64,000 bases of DNA from Candidatus Latescibacterota bacterium (GTDB lineage Bacteria; Latescibacterota; UBA2968), in the NCBI GenBank assembly GCA_965204375.1, contig OZ241986.1:2080001-2144000 (forward strand). The letters are read 5' to 3'. Below are positions 63,977-64,000 of the stretch, piece by piece (the stretch's first letter is position 1; every line of letters begins with the position of its first letter). The notes beneath the pieces are model-generated. The model saw nothing but the letters and a program-made list of their open reading frames with translations. It made no database searches and was not told where the DNA came from. Position numbers and translations under genes: made by a program.

Positions 63977-64000
63977 CGGCCTGATCTATTTCGCATCTGT

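Overview
Gene-dense bacterial chromosomal segment with about 45 CDSs and no rRNA, tRNA, CRISPR array or transposase that I can support. The gene content suggests an FCB-group candidate lineage such as Latescibacterota/Handelsmanbacteria (inference): GWxTD protein, PorV-like barrel, T9SS-type sorting domain, several PhyH, Gfo/Idh/MocA, CRTAC1/UnbV and DUF6785-like paralogs. Main blocks: (i) a ~28 kb co-directional minus-strand run (4476-32284) with three ASPIC/UnbV FG-GAP proteins, an UnbU/RnfD-like membrane protein, TPR proteins, an octaheme cytochrome, a TlpA redoxin and two DUF6785-like membrane proteins; (ii) an outer-membrane module without SusD (OMP, TonB-dependent receptor, T9SS-CTD protein, PorV-like barrel) facing a TPR-GWxTD gene; (iii) three LacI paralogs in different states: intact, a 48-codon remnant, and an HTH-less copy with a complete sigma-54 promoter architecture and its own AGGAG/ATG start; (iv) a cluster of signal-peptide-less glycan-type enzymes with a third DUF6785-like protein; (v) a two-gene insert with atypical GC skew, bounded by a direct repeat that belongs to an internally deleted gene copy. 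All family calls come from motifs read by eye; no database search was run.
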